A stretch of DNA of 48,173 nucleotides. Origin: Oligoflexia bacterium (GTDB lineage: Bacteria; Bdellovibrionota; UBA1018). The translations under genes were made by a program, and so were the position numbers. The notes below the pieces were generated by a model, which saw only the letters and a program-made list of their open reading frames with translations, ran no database searches and was not told the origin of the DNA. This document shows positions 32,315-41,007 of the stretch, one piece after another (the first letter of the stretch is position 1; the number at the start of each line of letters is the position of its first letter). The stretch is taken from the NCBI GenBank assembly GCA_023700925.1, contig JAMPXZ010000001.1:1-48173 (forward strand). The letters run 5' to 3'.

Positions 32315-35022
32315 GCATGGCGTTTCGGACGGCCTCCCCGCTTCTTCTGCTTTCGGCATTCCTCGCCGGCGTCGGCTGGCCTGGCGGCCTCGCGCGCGCG
32401 GCCCAGGTCGAGGTGGTTCCCGAGGTCCGCATCGAGGAGATCGAGATCCTCGGAGTGTCGGTGCTGCCGGTCCCCACCGTCGAGGCCGCGGTCGAGATCT
32501 CCCCGGGAGAAAAGCTCGAGCGGCGCAAGATCGTCCGCACCGCCGAGAGCCTGCAGGCCCTCTATCGCCTTCGCGGCTACGAAAAGGTCTCCATCCGCTC
32601 CGAGCTGTCGCGGCGCAGGGGCAAGGGCGGCGAAAAAACGCAGAACGTCCTCGTGATCCGCATCGCCGAGGGCGAGCCCACGCGGATCGGGGGCGTGCGT
32701 ATTGTCCCCGATGGCGCGCTGAGCGAGGAGGCGCGGAAATACTGGAACGAGATCAGCCCGGGCCTCGCCGAGAAGGTCGGCCTGTTGACCGGCGATATCC
32801 TGGATCAGGAGAAGCTCGCCGTGGCGAAGCGGAACCTCCAGGACGTTCTCGCCGGCAAGGATTTTGTCGGCGCGCACGCCGAGGATCCGATCATCGAGAA
32901 CGGGGCGCCCGTGGTCGACGGACGGAACCTCTCGGCGGGTCGCTGGGTGGCCATCGAGCTTCACGTGCGGCTCGGCGATCGCGTGAGCTTCGGCTTTCGC
33001 GGCAACACCGTCCTGCCCCAGTCGCGCCTGATGGCCCTCGTGGAGGAGCAGCGCCTGCTGGGGTTCGGCAAGGACTTCATCGGTGCGATCCGGGGACGGA
33101 TCGAAGAGGAGTACCGCTCGCTCGGTTTTTCCGATGCCCGGGTCGAAGCGTATTCCTTCGAGAGACCCACCCGTCAGGAAAGGCATGTGACCTACGCTAT
33201 CGTCGAGGGACCGCGGTTCCGGCTGGCCGGAGTCGACTTCGACGGCAATCGCGCGTTCTCGTCCAAGGAGCTTCGGCGGGAGTTCCTGGCCCGCTCCTCG
33301 CCGCTGATCCAGAGCGGTTATTACATCGAGAAGGACCTGCAAAAGGCGGCCGAGCTTCTGATCGAGTGGATGAAATCGCGCGGCTTTCTCTCGGCCAAGC
33401 TCGTGACGATCAGCTCGGCTCGCTCGCCGCGGCCGTCGCCTTTCGACGGCAGCCTGCCGGTCCGCGCGACGATCTATCTGTATGAGTCGGATCAGACGAT
33501 TCTTCATTCGGTGACGGTGAAGGGTAACGAGGGACTCACCGTCGGAGAGATCAAGGGGCTCCTCGGCCTGCGCGAAGGAGGGCCGCTGAACCTCTTCGCC
33601 TTCAGTGAGGGCATGGAGATGCTCAAGGCGCGGTATCGCGCCAAGGGGTATCTCGAGGCCAAGGTGACCAACGAGGACACCGATCAGGTCGTGCATTACA
33701 CCTCCGAGAACCGGCAAGCCGATATCGTCCTGGAGATCGCCGAAGGCCCGCGCTTCCGCACCGGGCGGGTTACGATCGAGGGTCTCGTTTTCACCCGTGA
33801 GGCGGTGCTGCGGCGCGAGCTCCAGCTGCGCGAGGGCGAGGTCCTGGACGAGCAGAAGGTGACCGAGTCGGAGACGCGCCTGCGACGCCTCGGCATCTTC
33901 TCGGTCGTGACGCTGCGCCTAACGGATTCGCCCGACGAGCCCGGCGTGAAGAACGTCCGGGTGCTGGTCCAGGAGGCGATTCCGGGAGTGGTCAGCGGCG
34001 GCCTGGGCTTCCGGAATGACCTCGGCATCCGCGCTTTCGGCGAAATCTCCTACAGCAATCTTCGGGGAAAAAACCACACGGTCGCCCTGGATGCGACGGG
34101 AAACCGGCGCATCGACGATACCTACCGCTTCGGCGAATACGAGGTCCAGCTCGTCTACATGTGGCCCTGGTTCCTGGGACTCGATGCGGTCAACTTCCGG
34201 CCGGCGCTCACCGCGACCCAGAAGCAGTTCGACGCTTTCGATGTGCGCACGCAGTCGGCCTCGGCGACCTGGGAGAAGCAGCTTCTCGCGTACCCGCCGC
34301 TGACCGGCCTGTTCACGTACTCCCTCGAGCGGGTCGAGCAGTTCCATGCGACCCGCTTCCTGCAGGATAACGCGAAGCAGACGATCGGCGCGATCACGCC
34401 CACGCTCCGGCTCGATCTCCGGGACAACCCGCTCGCCCCGACTTCCGGCTTTTTCGCGACGTCGTCCTTCGAATACGGTGCGCCGTGGCTCGGCTCCAGC
34501 GGCGAGGGCTACCCGCTGGGGTACACGCGTTTCCAGTTCCGGGCGGACCAGTTCGTCTCCCTTCATCGGAGCGTCCTGATCTACCTGAGTTTTCGCACCG
34601 GTATCGCCCGCAGCACCGAGCGCCCCACCCTCGACCCCCGGACCGGCCTCGAGAATCCGGCCTCGGGCGGTATTCCGCTCATCAAGCAGTTCGCCCTCGG
34701 AGGGGCTGGCAGCCTTCGCGGCTTCGTCGAGCAGGAGCTCAATGATCAGACCCTCCTGATCCGCGGTATCGCCTCCTATGTGAACTACCGGATGCAGCTC
34801 GATCTGCCGTTTTCGGGGGCCCTCAGGTTCGGACCGTTCCTGGATGCCGCCAACCTTCAGCACGATACCTATTCCTTGGGAAATCTGCGGTATGGGGCGG
34901 GATTCGGCTTTCATTACCTCACGCCGGTCGGCCCGGTGAATCTGGACCTGGGCTTCAAGCTCGACCGTCAGCCCCAGGACAAGGTCGGTTCGGCGATCTA
35001 TTTCTCCATCGGCGTGCTCTGA
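32311..35022 (+). CDS. bamA: Omp85-family outer-membrane protein insertase with multiple POTRA domains (BamA-sized)
   Basis: Signal peptide, repeated POTRA-like units (IEEIEILG.., IGGVRIVPDG.., LAGVDFDGNRAFS.., LHSVTVKGNEGLT.., TGRVTIEGLVFTRE..) and a C-terminal barrel (GGAGSLRGF.., FLDAANL.., GAGFGFHYLTPVGPVNLDLGF). ATGA overlap with tamB. Confidence 0.75.
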   Translation: MSMAFRTASPLLLLSAFLAGVGWPGGLARAAQVEVVPEVRIEEIEILGVSVLPVPTVEAAVEISPGEKLERRKIVRTAESLQALYRLRGYEKVSIRSELSRRRGKGGEKTQNVLVIRIAEGEPTRIGGVRIVPDGALSEEARKYWNEISPGLAEKVGLLTGDILDQEKLAVAKRNLQDVLAGKDFVGAHAEDPIIENGAPVVDGRNLSAGRWVAIELHVRLGDRVSFGFRGNTVLPQSRLMALVEEQRLLGFGKDFIGAIRGRIEEEYRSLGFSDARVEAYSFERPTRQERHVTYAIVEGPRFRLAGVDFDGNRAFSSKELRREFLARSSPLIQSGYYIEKDLQKAAELLIEWMKSRGFLSAKLVTISSARSPRPSPFDGSLPVRATIYLYESDQTILHSVTVKGNEGLTVGEIKGLLGLREGGPLNLFAFSEGMEMLKARYRAKGYLEAKVTNEDTDQVVHYTSENRQADIVLEIAEGPRFRTGRVTIEGLVFTREAVLRRELQLREGEVLDEQKVTESETRLRRLGIFSVVTLRLTDSPDEPGVKNVRVLVQEAIPGVVSGGLGFRNDLGIRAFGEISYSNLRGKNHTVALDATGNRRIDDTYRFGEYEVQLVYMWPWFLGLDAVNFRPALTATQKQFDAFDVRTQSASATWEKQLLAYPPLTGLFTYSLERVEQFHATRFLQDNAKQTIGAITPTLRLDLRDNPLAPTSGFFATSSFEYGAPWLGSSGEGYPLGYTRFQFRADQFVSLHRSVLIYLSFRTGIARSTERPTLDPRTGLENPASGGIPLIKQFALGGAGSLRGFVEQELNDQTLLIRGIASYVNYRMQLDLPFSGALRFGPFLDAANLQHDTYSLGNLRYGAGFGFHYLTPVGPVNLDLGFKLDRQPQDKVGSAIYFSIGVL

Positions 35023-35068
35023 TTTCCGCCTATTCGAAATCGCGGCCATTTGTGCTAGCGTTCCCGGA

Positions 35069-37423
35069 ATGCGAGCCCTGCTGCGATCTTCCCCGCTCCT
35101 CCGGTTGCCCACCTGGGTGGGGCCGACGTTGCTCCTGGCGATCCTGGGCTATGCCGCCAACTGGTTGAAGCTCGAGATCTTCTTCAACGTCGACTTCGTC
35201 TTTGGCTCGATTTTCGTGATGATCGCCATCCTGCGCTACGGCATGCTGCCCGGAGCGATCGTAGGCTTTCTGGCGGCGACCTGCACCCTGCAGCACTGGA
35301 ATCATCCATGGGCCCTGCTGACCTTCACCCTGGAGGCGCTCTTCGTCGGCAGGCACGCGAGTCGCTCGGGCTCGTTCCTGCGGTGGGATATTCTGTTCTG
35401 GCTTTTCGTGGGCGGCCCGCTCGTTTGGGTCTTCTACCACCATGTGATGGGAATGGAGGCCCAGGCGACCCTGCTCGTGTTCCTCAAGCAGTCCGTGAAC
35501 GGAATCTTCAATGCGCTCATCGCGTCGCTGATCGTTTTGGTCCTCCCCGGGCGCCTGAAAGCGTCCGAGGACCTGAGGAGCTTCCGCGAGATCACCTTCG
35601 TCGCCCTCGCGACGTTCGCTCTCGTTCCGGCGACGATCCTTCTGGTGGTCGGGACCCGTCATACGATCGAAGAGATGAAGACACGGCTGGCGCAAAGGAC
35701 CTCGCGCGCCTCCCTGATCGCCCTGGAAGCCGCCCGGCTGTTACCCGACACTTCGTGGTCCGACACCAATGCCAGCGAGCTTCGGCGCGTCTTCGACCCG
35801 ACTTCCGCCGACGGCGTAATCTTTCTCTCGCTGCTGGATCGTGACCGGAAGGTCCTCCTGAGCACCCGACCGGATGCGAAGCCGGGTGAACCGCTACCGC
35901 AGCAGGCAGGCTCGCAGGTAGCGTTGGGCGGGGGGATTCGCCATCTGATTCCGCCAGCCGCCCCGAGAACAAGTTTTCTGCAACGTTGGCGCGACTCGTT
36001 GTTCGTCCAGGAGAGAAGTGTTCCGGGCAAGCAGGGATGGATCGTGGTCTCCGAGACGACCCTGCAGCCGTTGCTCGCGACGCTGACCTCCGAGGGTATT
36101 CGATCCTTCGGCATCCTGCTGCTTCTGATACTCGTGACCATCGAGGTGGCGAACCTGATCAGCGGGCTCTTCAGCTCGCCGCTCGTTGAGCTGCAGCGAG
36201 CCAGCCGGCAGCTGCCCGACGACGTGTTGCGGGACCGGGAGCTGGGGCTGCCCCGCAGCCGCATCGCCGAGCTTGACGGGCTGATCTCGAACTTCCGATC
36301 CATGGCGCAGGCCTTGACGGCGTCGTTCGCCGAGGAGCGGCGATTCAAGGAGACGCTCGAGGACTGCGTGATCCAGCGCACCGAGGAGCTTCAGCAAAGC
36401 GAGGAAAAATACCGTGCGTTGATCGAGAGCGCGAACGACCTGATATTCCTCATAGCCATCAACAGCGACGGTTTGCCGGGCGTGCTGGTCGAGGTCAACG
36501 AGGTGGCCTGCCAGCGGCTCGGTTATGCCCGCCAGGCGCTTCTGCGGATGACGCCCTGGGATCTCGAGTCCGCGCCCTCGGGCAAGCGGATCGGTCAGAT
36601 CATGGAGACGTTGCGCCAGGCTGGCTGCATGGTGTTCGACACGAGCTACCTCTCGCGTGACGGGGAAAAGATCCCGCTGGAAATGAGTACCCGGATCCTC
36701 ACCTTGCGGGGAAAACCTTACATTCTCGCGCTCGGACGCGATCTCTCCGAGCGGGCTGAGCGCGAAGCCCTGCGTACGGCGCTCGCGGAGGAAAAAACCC
36801 GGCTCAAGATCATGGACGAGGAGAAGCGCCATCTCACCGAGAAGCAGATGCTGGTGAAGGACCTCCATGACGGCATCGGGGGCATCGTGACGAATATCAC
36901 CATGCTTGCCCAATACGGGCTTGCCCAGGGGCGAGGCGAGGAGGCGCTCGGTAAGATTGCCGAGCTCGGCGCCGAGGGGATAACCGAGATTCGTTCCTTC
37001 ATGAACGGGACTGAGAGCGATGACACGGCCTGGAGCGATCTGATCGCTGAAATCAAGAACTATGCGATCCGGATGCTCGAGCCCCACGGTATCCAGGTGC
37101 AGGTCATCGCCCAGCTCTCGCCAACGGTACCTCCGCTCGGTACCTTCCGGTACGTCCAGCTGCTTCGCATCTTCCGCGAAGGCATCACCAACGTCATCAA
37201 GCATGCGGCCGCCAAGCACGTGGTGGTGTCCCTCGAAGTGACTCCGGACCGCTACGAGCTGCGGACCACCGACGACGGAGTCGGCTTTGATTCCTCGAAG
37301 GTGAGGCGTCGGGGGATTGCAAACATGCACTCGCGAGCGCAGAATGTAGGCGCCACGCTCGTTCTGGATACGTCCAGCGCGGGAACCGCGGTGGTGCTCT
37401 CGTGGACTCGTAACGAAGCTTAG
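35069..37423 (+). CDS. Sensor histidine kinase: multi-TM N-terminal domain, extracytoplasmic loop, PAS, HisKA_3-type dimerisation domain and HATPase_c
   Basis: About 7 TM helices in the first 200 aa, a further TM near aa 350, a PAS region (EEKYRALIESANDLIFLIA..), an H-box LVKDLHDGIGG, and N/G boxes (REGITNVIKHA.., DDGVGF). Confidence 0.85.
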   Translation: MRALLRSSPLLRLPTWVGPTLLLAILGYAANWLKLEIFFNVDFVFGSIFVMIAILRYGMLPGAIVGFLAATCTLQHWNHPWALLTFTLEALFVGRHASRSGSFLRWDILFWLFVGGPLVWVFYHHVMGMEAQATLLVFLKQSVNGIFNALIASLIVLVLPGRLKASEDLRSFREITFVALATFALVPATILLVVGTRHTIEEMKTRLAQRTSRASLIALEAARLLPDTSWSDTNASELRRVFDPTSADGVIFLSLLDRDRKVLLSTRPDAKPGEPLPQQAGSQVALGGGIRHLIPPAAPRTSFLQRWRDSLFVQERSVPGKQGWIVVSETTLQPLLATLTSEGIRSFGILLLLILVTIEVANLISGLFSSPLVELQRASRQLPDDVLRDRELGLPRSRIAELDGLISNFRSMAQALTASFAEERRFKETLEDCVIQRTEELQQSEEKYRALIESANDLIFLIAINSDGLPGVLVEVNEVACQRLGYARQALLRMTPWDLESAPSGKRIGQIMETLRQAGCMVFDTSYLSRDGEKIPLEMSTRILTLRGKPYILALGRDLSERAEREALRTALAEEKTRLKIMDEEKRHLTEKQMLVKDLHDGIGGIVTNITMLAQYGLAQGRGEEALGKIAELGAEGITEIRSFMNGTESDDTAWSDLIAEIKNYAIRMLEPHGIQVQVIAQLSPTVPPLGTFRYVQLLRIFREGITNVIKHAAAKHVVVSLEVTPDRYELRTTDDGVGFDSSKVRRRGIANMHSRAQNVGATLVLDTSSAGTAVVLSWTRNEA

Positions 37424-37443
37424 GGGCCGATCCTGGAGTCAAA

Positions 37444-38067
37444 ATGAAGATTGCGATCGTCGAAGACAACACTGTGACCCGCGAAACCCTGAAGCTGCTG
37501 CTTTCAGGCGAGAGCGCGATATCCGAGGTCTCGACGTTCGAGAATGCCGAGACCGCTCTGACCGAGCTCGAGGGCGCGGCTCCCGATATTCTGCTGGTGG
37601 ATCTCGATCTGCCGGGCATGCACGGCACTGAGCTGATCCGGAAGGTGAAGCAGCTGCACCCGCCGGTCAACATCATGGTCTATACCGTCTTCGAAGATCG
37701 CGAGACGGTCTTCGCCGCGATCAAGGCCGGGGCTTCGGGGTATCTGCTCAAGGGCAGCTCACCGCGAAACCTCGTGGAGTCGCTTTTCAGCCTGCATCAG
37801 GGCGGCGCCCCGATGAGCCCCAAGATCGCCCGCAAGGTCATCCTCGAGTTTCAGGAGTCGGTGAATCAGGAGGAAAACCCGCTTTCGGTGAAGGAGTCCA
37901 CCATCGTCCGCTGCGTGGAGCAGGGGCTCACGTACAAAGAGATCGCCGAGCGCCTTTCGATCAGTCCGCATACGGTGCATACGCACATCAAGAACATCTA
38001 CGAAAAGCTTCAGGCCAACGGTCGGCGCGAGGCGCTTCGACGCGCGCGCAAGATCGGTATCATCTGA
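37444..38067 (+). CDS. NarL/LuxR-family response regulator
   Basis: Receiver domain (IAIVEDN.., ILLVDLDLPGMHG, K at ..LLKG) and a LuxR HTH (LTYKEIAERLSISPHTVHTHIKNIYEKL). Confidence 0.9.
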   Translation: MKIAIVEDNTVTRETLKLLLSGESAISEVSTFENAETALTELEGAAPDILLVDLDLPGMHGTELIRKVKQLHPPVNIMVYTVFEDRETVFAAIKAGASGYLLKGSSPRNLVESLFSLHQGGAPMSPKIARKVILEFQESVNQEENPLSVKESTIVRCVEQGLTYKEIAERLSISPHTVHTHIKNIYEKLQANGRREALRRARKIGII

Positions 38068-38312
38068 TCTGAAAGTTAAGCTGTAATTTCAAAAGCTTAA
38101 GACCTAAATAGGGAAAGAACGCCGCCGCGACAAATTCTTTCCTGGGGAGGTTTTTGGCGTTGCCCGCTGGGGCATGCCGAGGCAAACTGGGGCTCCCTGT
38201 GGAAATCAGCCCGTGAGCGGTTCCCAATCGCCAGGGATCTTCGTGAGCTAGCGCAACACGAAGCGAAAAACACATTGACTTCACTTTTGGTGTCTTGTAA
38301 TTCCAACCAACT

Positions 38313-38819
38313 ATGTTGCAGCAAAAGTCTTATCAGGCGAAGCAGTCCGGTCCTCATTATTTCGAGCCCAAAGGGCCTAATGCCCCGAAGTGGTACGTTG
38401 TCGATGCCAAAGATCAGGTGGTCGGCCGTATCGCCACCGTGATCGCGAGAGTGGTGACTGGTAAACACAAGCCCACCTACACGCGTCATGCGGACGCCGG
38501 CGATTTCGTCGTGGTTCTCAATGCCGACAAGGTCGTCTTCACCCGCAATAAGTGGGATGGCAAGCTCTACCGCGATCACTCCGGTTACGTGGGCGGACTG
38601 AAAACCAAGACCGCCAGGCAGATGCTTGAGCGCCATCCGGAGGAGATTCTCCGCCGCGCCGTCTGGGGCATGACGAACAAGTCGAATCTCGCCCGCCACC
38701 AGATGAAGAAGCTGAAACTTTACATGACGTCGGAACATCCCCACGTCGCTCAGAATCCTCAACCTCTTCCGTCGGGCGTTGTGCGCCGGACCGTTGTCGC
38801 CAAAAAAACGGCGAAATAA
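38313..38819 (+). CDS. rplM: 50S ribosomal protein L13
   Basis: WYVVDAKDQVVGRIATVIARVVTGKHKPTYTRHADAGDFVVVLNADKV.. The N-terminus is about 12 aa longer than E. coli L13. No SD before ATG 38313. Confidence 0.92.
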   Translation: MLQQKSYQAKQSGPHYFEPKGPNAPKWYVVDAKDQVVGRIATVIARVVTGKHKPTYTRHADAGDFVVVLNADKVVFTRNKWDGKLYRDHSGYVGGLKTKTARQMLERHPEEILRRAVWGMTNKSNLARHQMKKLKLYMTSEHPHVAQNPQPLPSGVVRRTVVAKKTAK

Positions 38820-38842
38820 GTTTTTAAGGAGATTTATCTTAA

Positions 38843-39241
38843 ATGGAAAAGCAGCTCCACGAAGTTGGTAAGCGGAAAAACGCGGTGGCCCGCGTCTACC
38901 TCCGCCCTCGCGCCGGCGAAGTCGGCGTGATCCGCGTCAATGACCGTTCATTCGAGGATTATTTTCCTCGTCCTGCCTCGCGCCTCGTGATCATGCAGGC
39001 GCTGGAGCTGACCCAGACGGTTGGCCGTTTCGATATCTTCATCAACTGCCACGGCGGCGGACTTTCGGGCCAAGCCGGTGCGGTGAAGCATGGTATCTCC
39101 AAGGCTCTTCTGGATGTGGATCCGGGTTATCGGCCGGTCTTGAAGAAAGCCGGCTTCCTCACGCGCGACCCGCGCGAGGTCGAGCGTAAGAAGTACGGCC
39201 TGGCCGGCGCTCGTCGCCGTTACCAGTACTCGAAGCGCTGA
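38843..39241 (+). CDS. rpsI: 30S ribosomal protein S9
   Basis: [12 protein letters not shown].., [19 protein letters not shown].., C-terminal ..[23 protein letters not shown] lies upstream. Confidence 0.95.
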   Translation: MEKQLHEVGKRKNAVARVYLRPRAGEVGVIRVNDRSFEDYFPRPASRLVIMQALELTQTVGRFDIFINCHGGGLSGQAGAVKHGISKALLDVDPGYRPVLKKAGFLTRDPREVERKKYGLAGARRRYQYSKR

Positions 39242-39266
39242 TTCGCTGTCGAGCTCAGGGACTTTT

Positions 39267-39303
39267 GGAAGCGGAAGGGGCGTTGCCTCTTCCGCTTTTT
39301 TAT
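39267..39303 (+). terminator. Rho-independent terminator after rpsI
   Basis: GGAAGCGGAAGGGG / CCTCTTCCGCTT stem with a short loop, followed by TTTTTTATT. Confidence 0.75.
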
Positions 39304-39343
39304 TGGCTGGCTCTCCGCACGAACTGCGTTTCCGGCCGCTGTC

Positions 39344-39925
39344 TCACGCGGCTTTTTTTCCAGCCTCGGCTTCGTACGCCAGCGCCATGCATTCGAGGAC
39401 CCGTCCGTACTCATGCGCGGCCTTGATCCGTTCGGCTCGCAGGAGCTCGTGCCGGTATTCGGGCTTTCGTAGTGCCTCGAGGTGCTCACGACCGCGATTC
39501 AGGAACCGCGTCATCTGCTCCGGCATTTCCGTCATGGGGGAGGGAACGTGATCGGCGACGGAGTTGAGAAGGTCTTCCGTGGTGTCGCTGTGTTCGTGAA
39601 GGTTGTATTCCTCCGCGCTCGCGCCCTCGAGGTAGGGCAGCGCGGCGCCCCGAGGCTCCAGGTACGCGATCTTGGCTTCATGCCAGAGAGCGCGGGCGAG
39701 GTGCTTGGCGGTGCGGGCCCAGCGCTCAGCCGCCAGCCGGTCGCCTTTGCGATAGGCGCGGAACGCCTGGCGGTACACGGCCTCCACTTCCTGGGGATTC
39801 GCCTCGGAAACTTCCGTCCTTTCCCGGTAGGTCGTGTTCGATTCGATCACGCAGTTGTAGGCTTTTTTCAGCTCATGTTCGGCATTGTCGGGACCGTGCG
39901 AGTATTCTGTAGGTCGGCGCGTCAT
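39344..39925 (-). CDS. Hypothetical all-helical cytoplasmic protein (193 aa)
   Basis: Strong G/C third-position bias. ATG 39925 lies 7 nt after GGGAGGA. No TM helix or signal peptide, and no family recognised. Confidence 0.6.
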   Translation of the reverse strand: MTRRPTEYSHGPDNAEHELKKAYNCVIESNTTYRERTEVSEANPQEVEAVYRQAFRAYRKGDRLAAERWARTAKHLARALWHEAKIAYLEPRGAALPYLEGASAEEYNLHEHSDTTEDLLNSVADHVPSPMTEMPEQMTRFLNRGREHLEALRKPEYRHELLRAERIKAAHEYGRVLECMALAYEAEAGKKAA

Positions 39926-39949
39926 GGTGGGATCCTCCCTCGTTCAAAC

Positions 39950-39966
39950 TGCAAGGGGGGTACCCA
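39950..39966 (-). promoter_or_regulatory. Candidate sigma54 (-24/-12) promoter of the 193-aa gene
   Basis: Minus strand reads T-GGGTAC-CCCCC-TTGCA, with GG and GC separated by the canonical 10 nt. TTGC lies 25 nt before the ATG. Confidence 0.5.
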
Positions 39967-40071
39967 TGGCGCAGTGCGCTAGCGCAACTTGTGAACCTTT
40001 TGGATTTAAAACGAGTTTCGGGGCATTATATTTAAATCATCAAAGGATTCATGGAACGAAAGGGGCCCAAT

Positions 40072-40911
40072 ATGCGGCAAAGGCGGCAGATGAAGAATTA
40101 TTGGATCGTGGGGCTGGTCACGACGGCGACGCTCATGGCGGTCGGTACCGTGGCGTGGGCCGTCGACCTGGCAAAGGTCAATGATCAAACCATCACGGAT
40201 CGGGATCTTCGTGCGGTGCTCTCGAATTTCAACGAAGGTCAGCGTAGCACGATTCTCAAGGATCCCCAGTCCCGGCGGCAGGTTCTCAATACCCTCGTCG
40301 ACCAGGAGGTGCTCGTTGCCGAAGCGGCTCGCGAGAAGATCGACCAGTCGGCCGAATTCAAGGACGCGGTGGAAGTTTTCCGCAAGCATTGGCTCTCCAC
40401 GAAGATGCTCGAGAAGAACGTCGCGCCGAAGGTGAGCGACCAGGCGGTCAAGAAGTACTTCGAGGACCACAAAAGTCGCTACTCGACCGATCAGGTTCAC
40501 GCGATGCATATCCTTCTACCGGACGAGCAGAAGGCGCAGGAAGTCCTCAAGCTCGCGAACGCGCCGAACGCGGATTTCCAGGCGCTCGCTGAGAAGCATT
40601 CGAAGGATCCGTCAGCCAAGAACAACCGCGGCGACCTCGGCTTCTTCGGCCGCGATCGCATGGTGCCGGAGTTCACCGAGTCGGCTTTTGCGGGCCGTGC
40701 GGGCGAGATCGTGGGCCCGGTGAAGACGGCCTACGGCTATCACCTCATCAAGGTCATCGAGAAAAAGTCCGGCAAGCCCATGGAGTTCAGCGAAGTGGAG
40801 CTGCGCGTGCGCAGTGAGCTGCAGCAGGAGCTCACCCGGTTCTATGTCTCGAAGCTCCGTCAAAAGGCCAAGGTCCAGGTCGACGACGCCGCGCTTGAGC
40901 GGCTGAAGTAA
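40072..40911 (+). CDS. Periplasmic parvulin-type peptidyl-prolyl cis-trans isomerase (PpiC/SurA/PrsA-like)
   Basis: Signal peptide (..GLVTTATLMAVGTVAWA/VD), an N-terminal chaperone-like helical part and a parvulin domain (HAMHILL.., DLGFFGRDRMVPEF.., GPVKTAYGYHLIKV). Start chosen at ATG 40072 (AAAGGGG plus 6 nt); 40051 and 40090 are also possible. Confidence 0.85.
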   Translation: MRQRRQMKNYWIVGLVTTATLMAVGTVAWAVDLAKVNDQTITDRDLRAVLSNFNEGQRSTILKDPQSRRQVLNTLVDQEVLVAEAAREKIDQSAEFKDAVEVFRKHWLSTKMLEKNVAPKVSDQAVKKYFEDHKSRYSTDQVHAMHILLPDEQKAQEVLKLANAPNADFQALAEKHSKDPSAKNNRGDLGFFGRDRMVPEFTESAFAGRAGEIVGPVKTAYGYHLIKVIEKKSGKPMEFSEVELRVRSELQQELTRFYVSKLRQKAKVQVDDAALERLK

Positions 40912-40928
40912 CAGCCTAGGAAGCATTC

Positions 40929-40968
40929 AAAAAAACGGCCGGCGCTGCCAGCGCTGGCCGTTTTTTTT
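40929..40968. terminator. Bidirectional rho-independent terminator between the convergent ppiC-like and ferritin-like genes
   Basis: A7 - CGGCCGGCGCTG/CAGCGCTGGCCG stem (one G-U pair) - T8. Confidence 0.78.
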
Positions 40969-41007
40969 GGTGCTCAGCGCGCCACTCCGCCTTGCGCTCG
41001 CGCGCGC

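Noticed and set aside
28172-32359. A 1395-aa ORF on the minus strand covering all of tamB. Similar very long antisense ORFs occur at 25329..28163 (opposite accB/accC/TPR), 9041..10837 and 10740..12578 (opposite pilB/pilT/pilC), 42279..43367 and 314..2107.
   Set aside because: Their translations are Arg/Gly/Pro/Leu/Asp-rich with no recognisable motifs. Each is exactly antisense to a gene with clear family signatures. Long stop-free antisense frames are an expected by-product of high G/C content at third codon positions.
38166-38182. GG-N10-GC match GGGGCATGCCGAGGCA upstream of rplM.
   Set aside because: It lacks the TT at -15/-14 and the TGGCAC-like context. A sigma54-dependent ribosomal protein operon is implausible, and a match of this quality is expected by chance.
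38060-38284. A 74-aa minus-strand ORF in the rplM upstream gap.
   Set aside because: It has no SD and a poor, mixed codon pattern in an AT-rich region, and it runs antisense into the regulator gene end. Most likely spurious.
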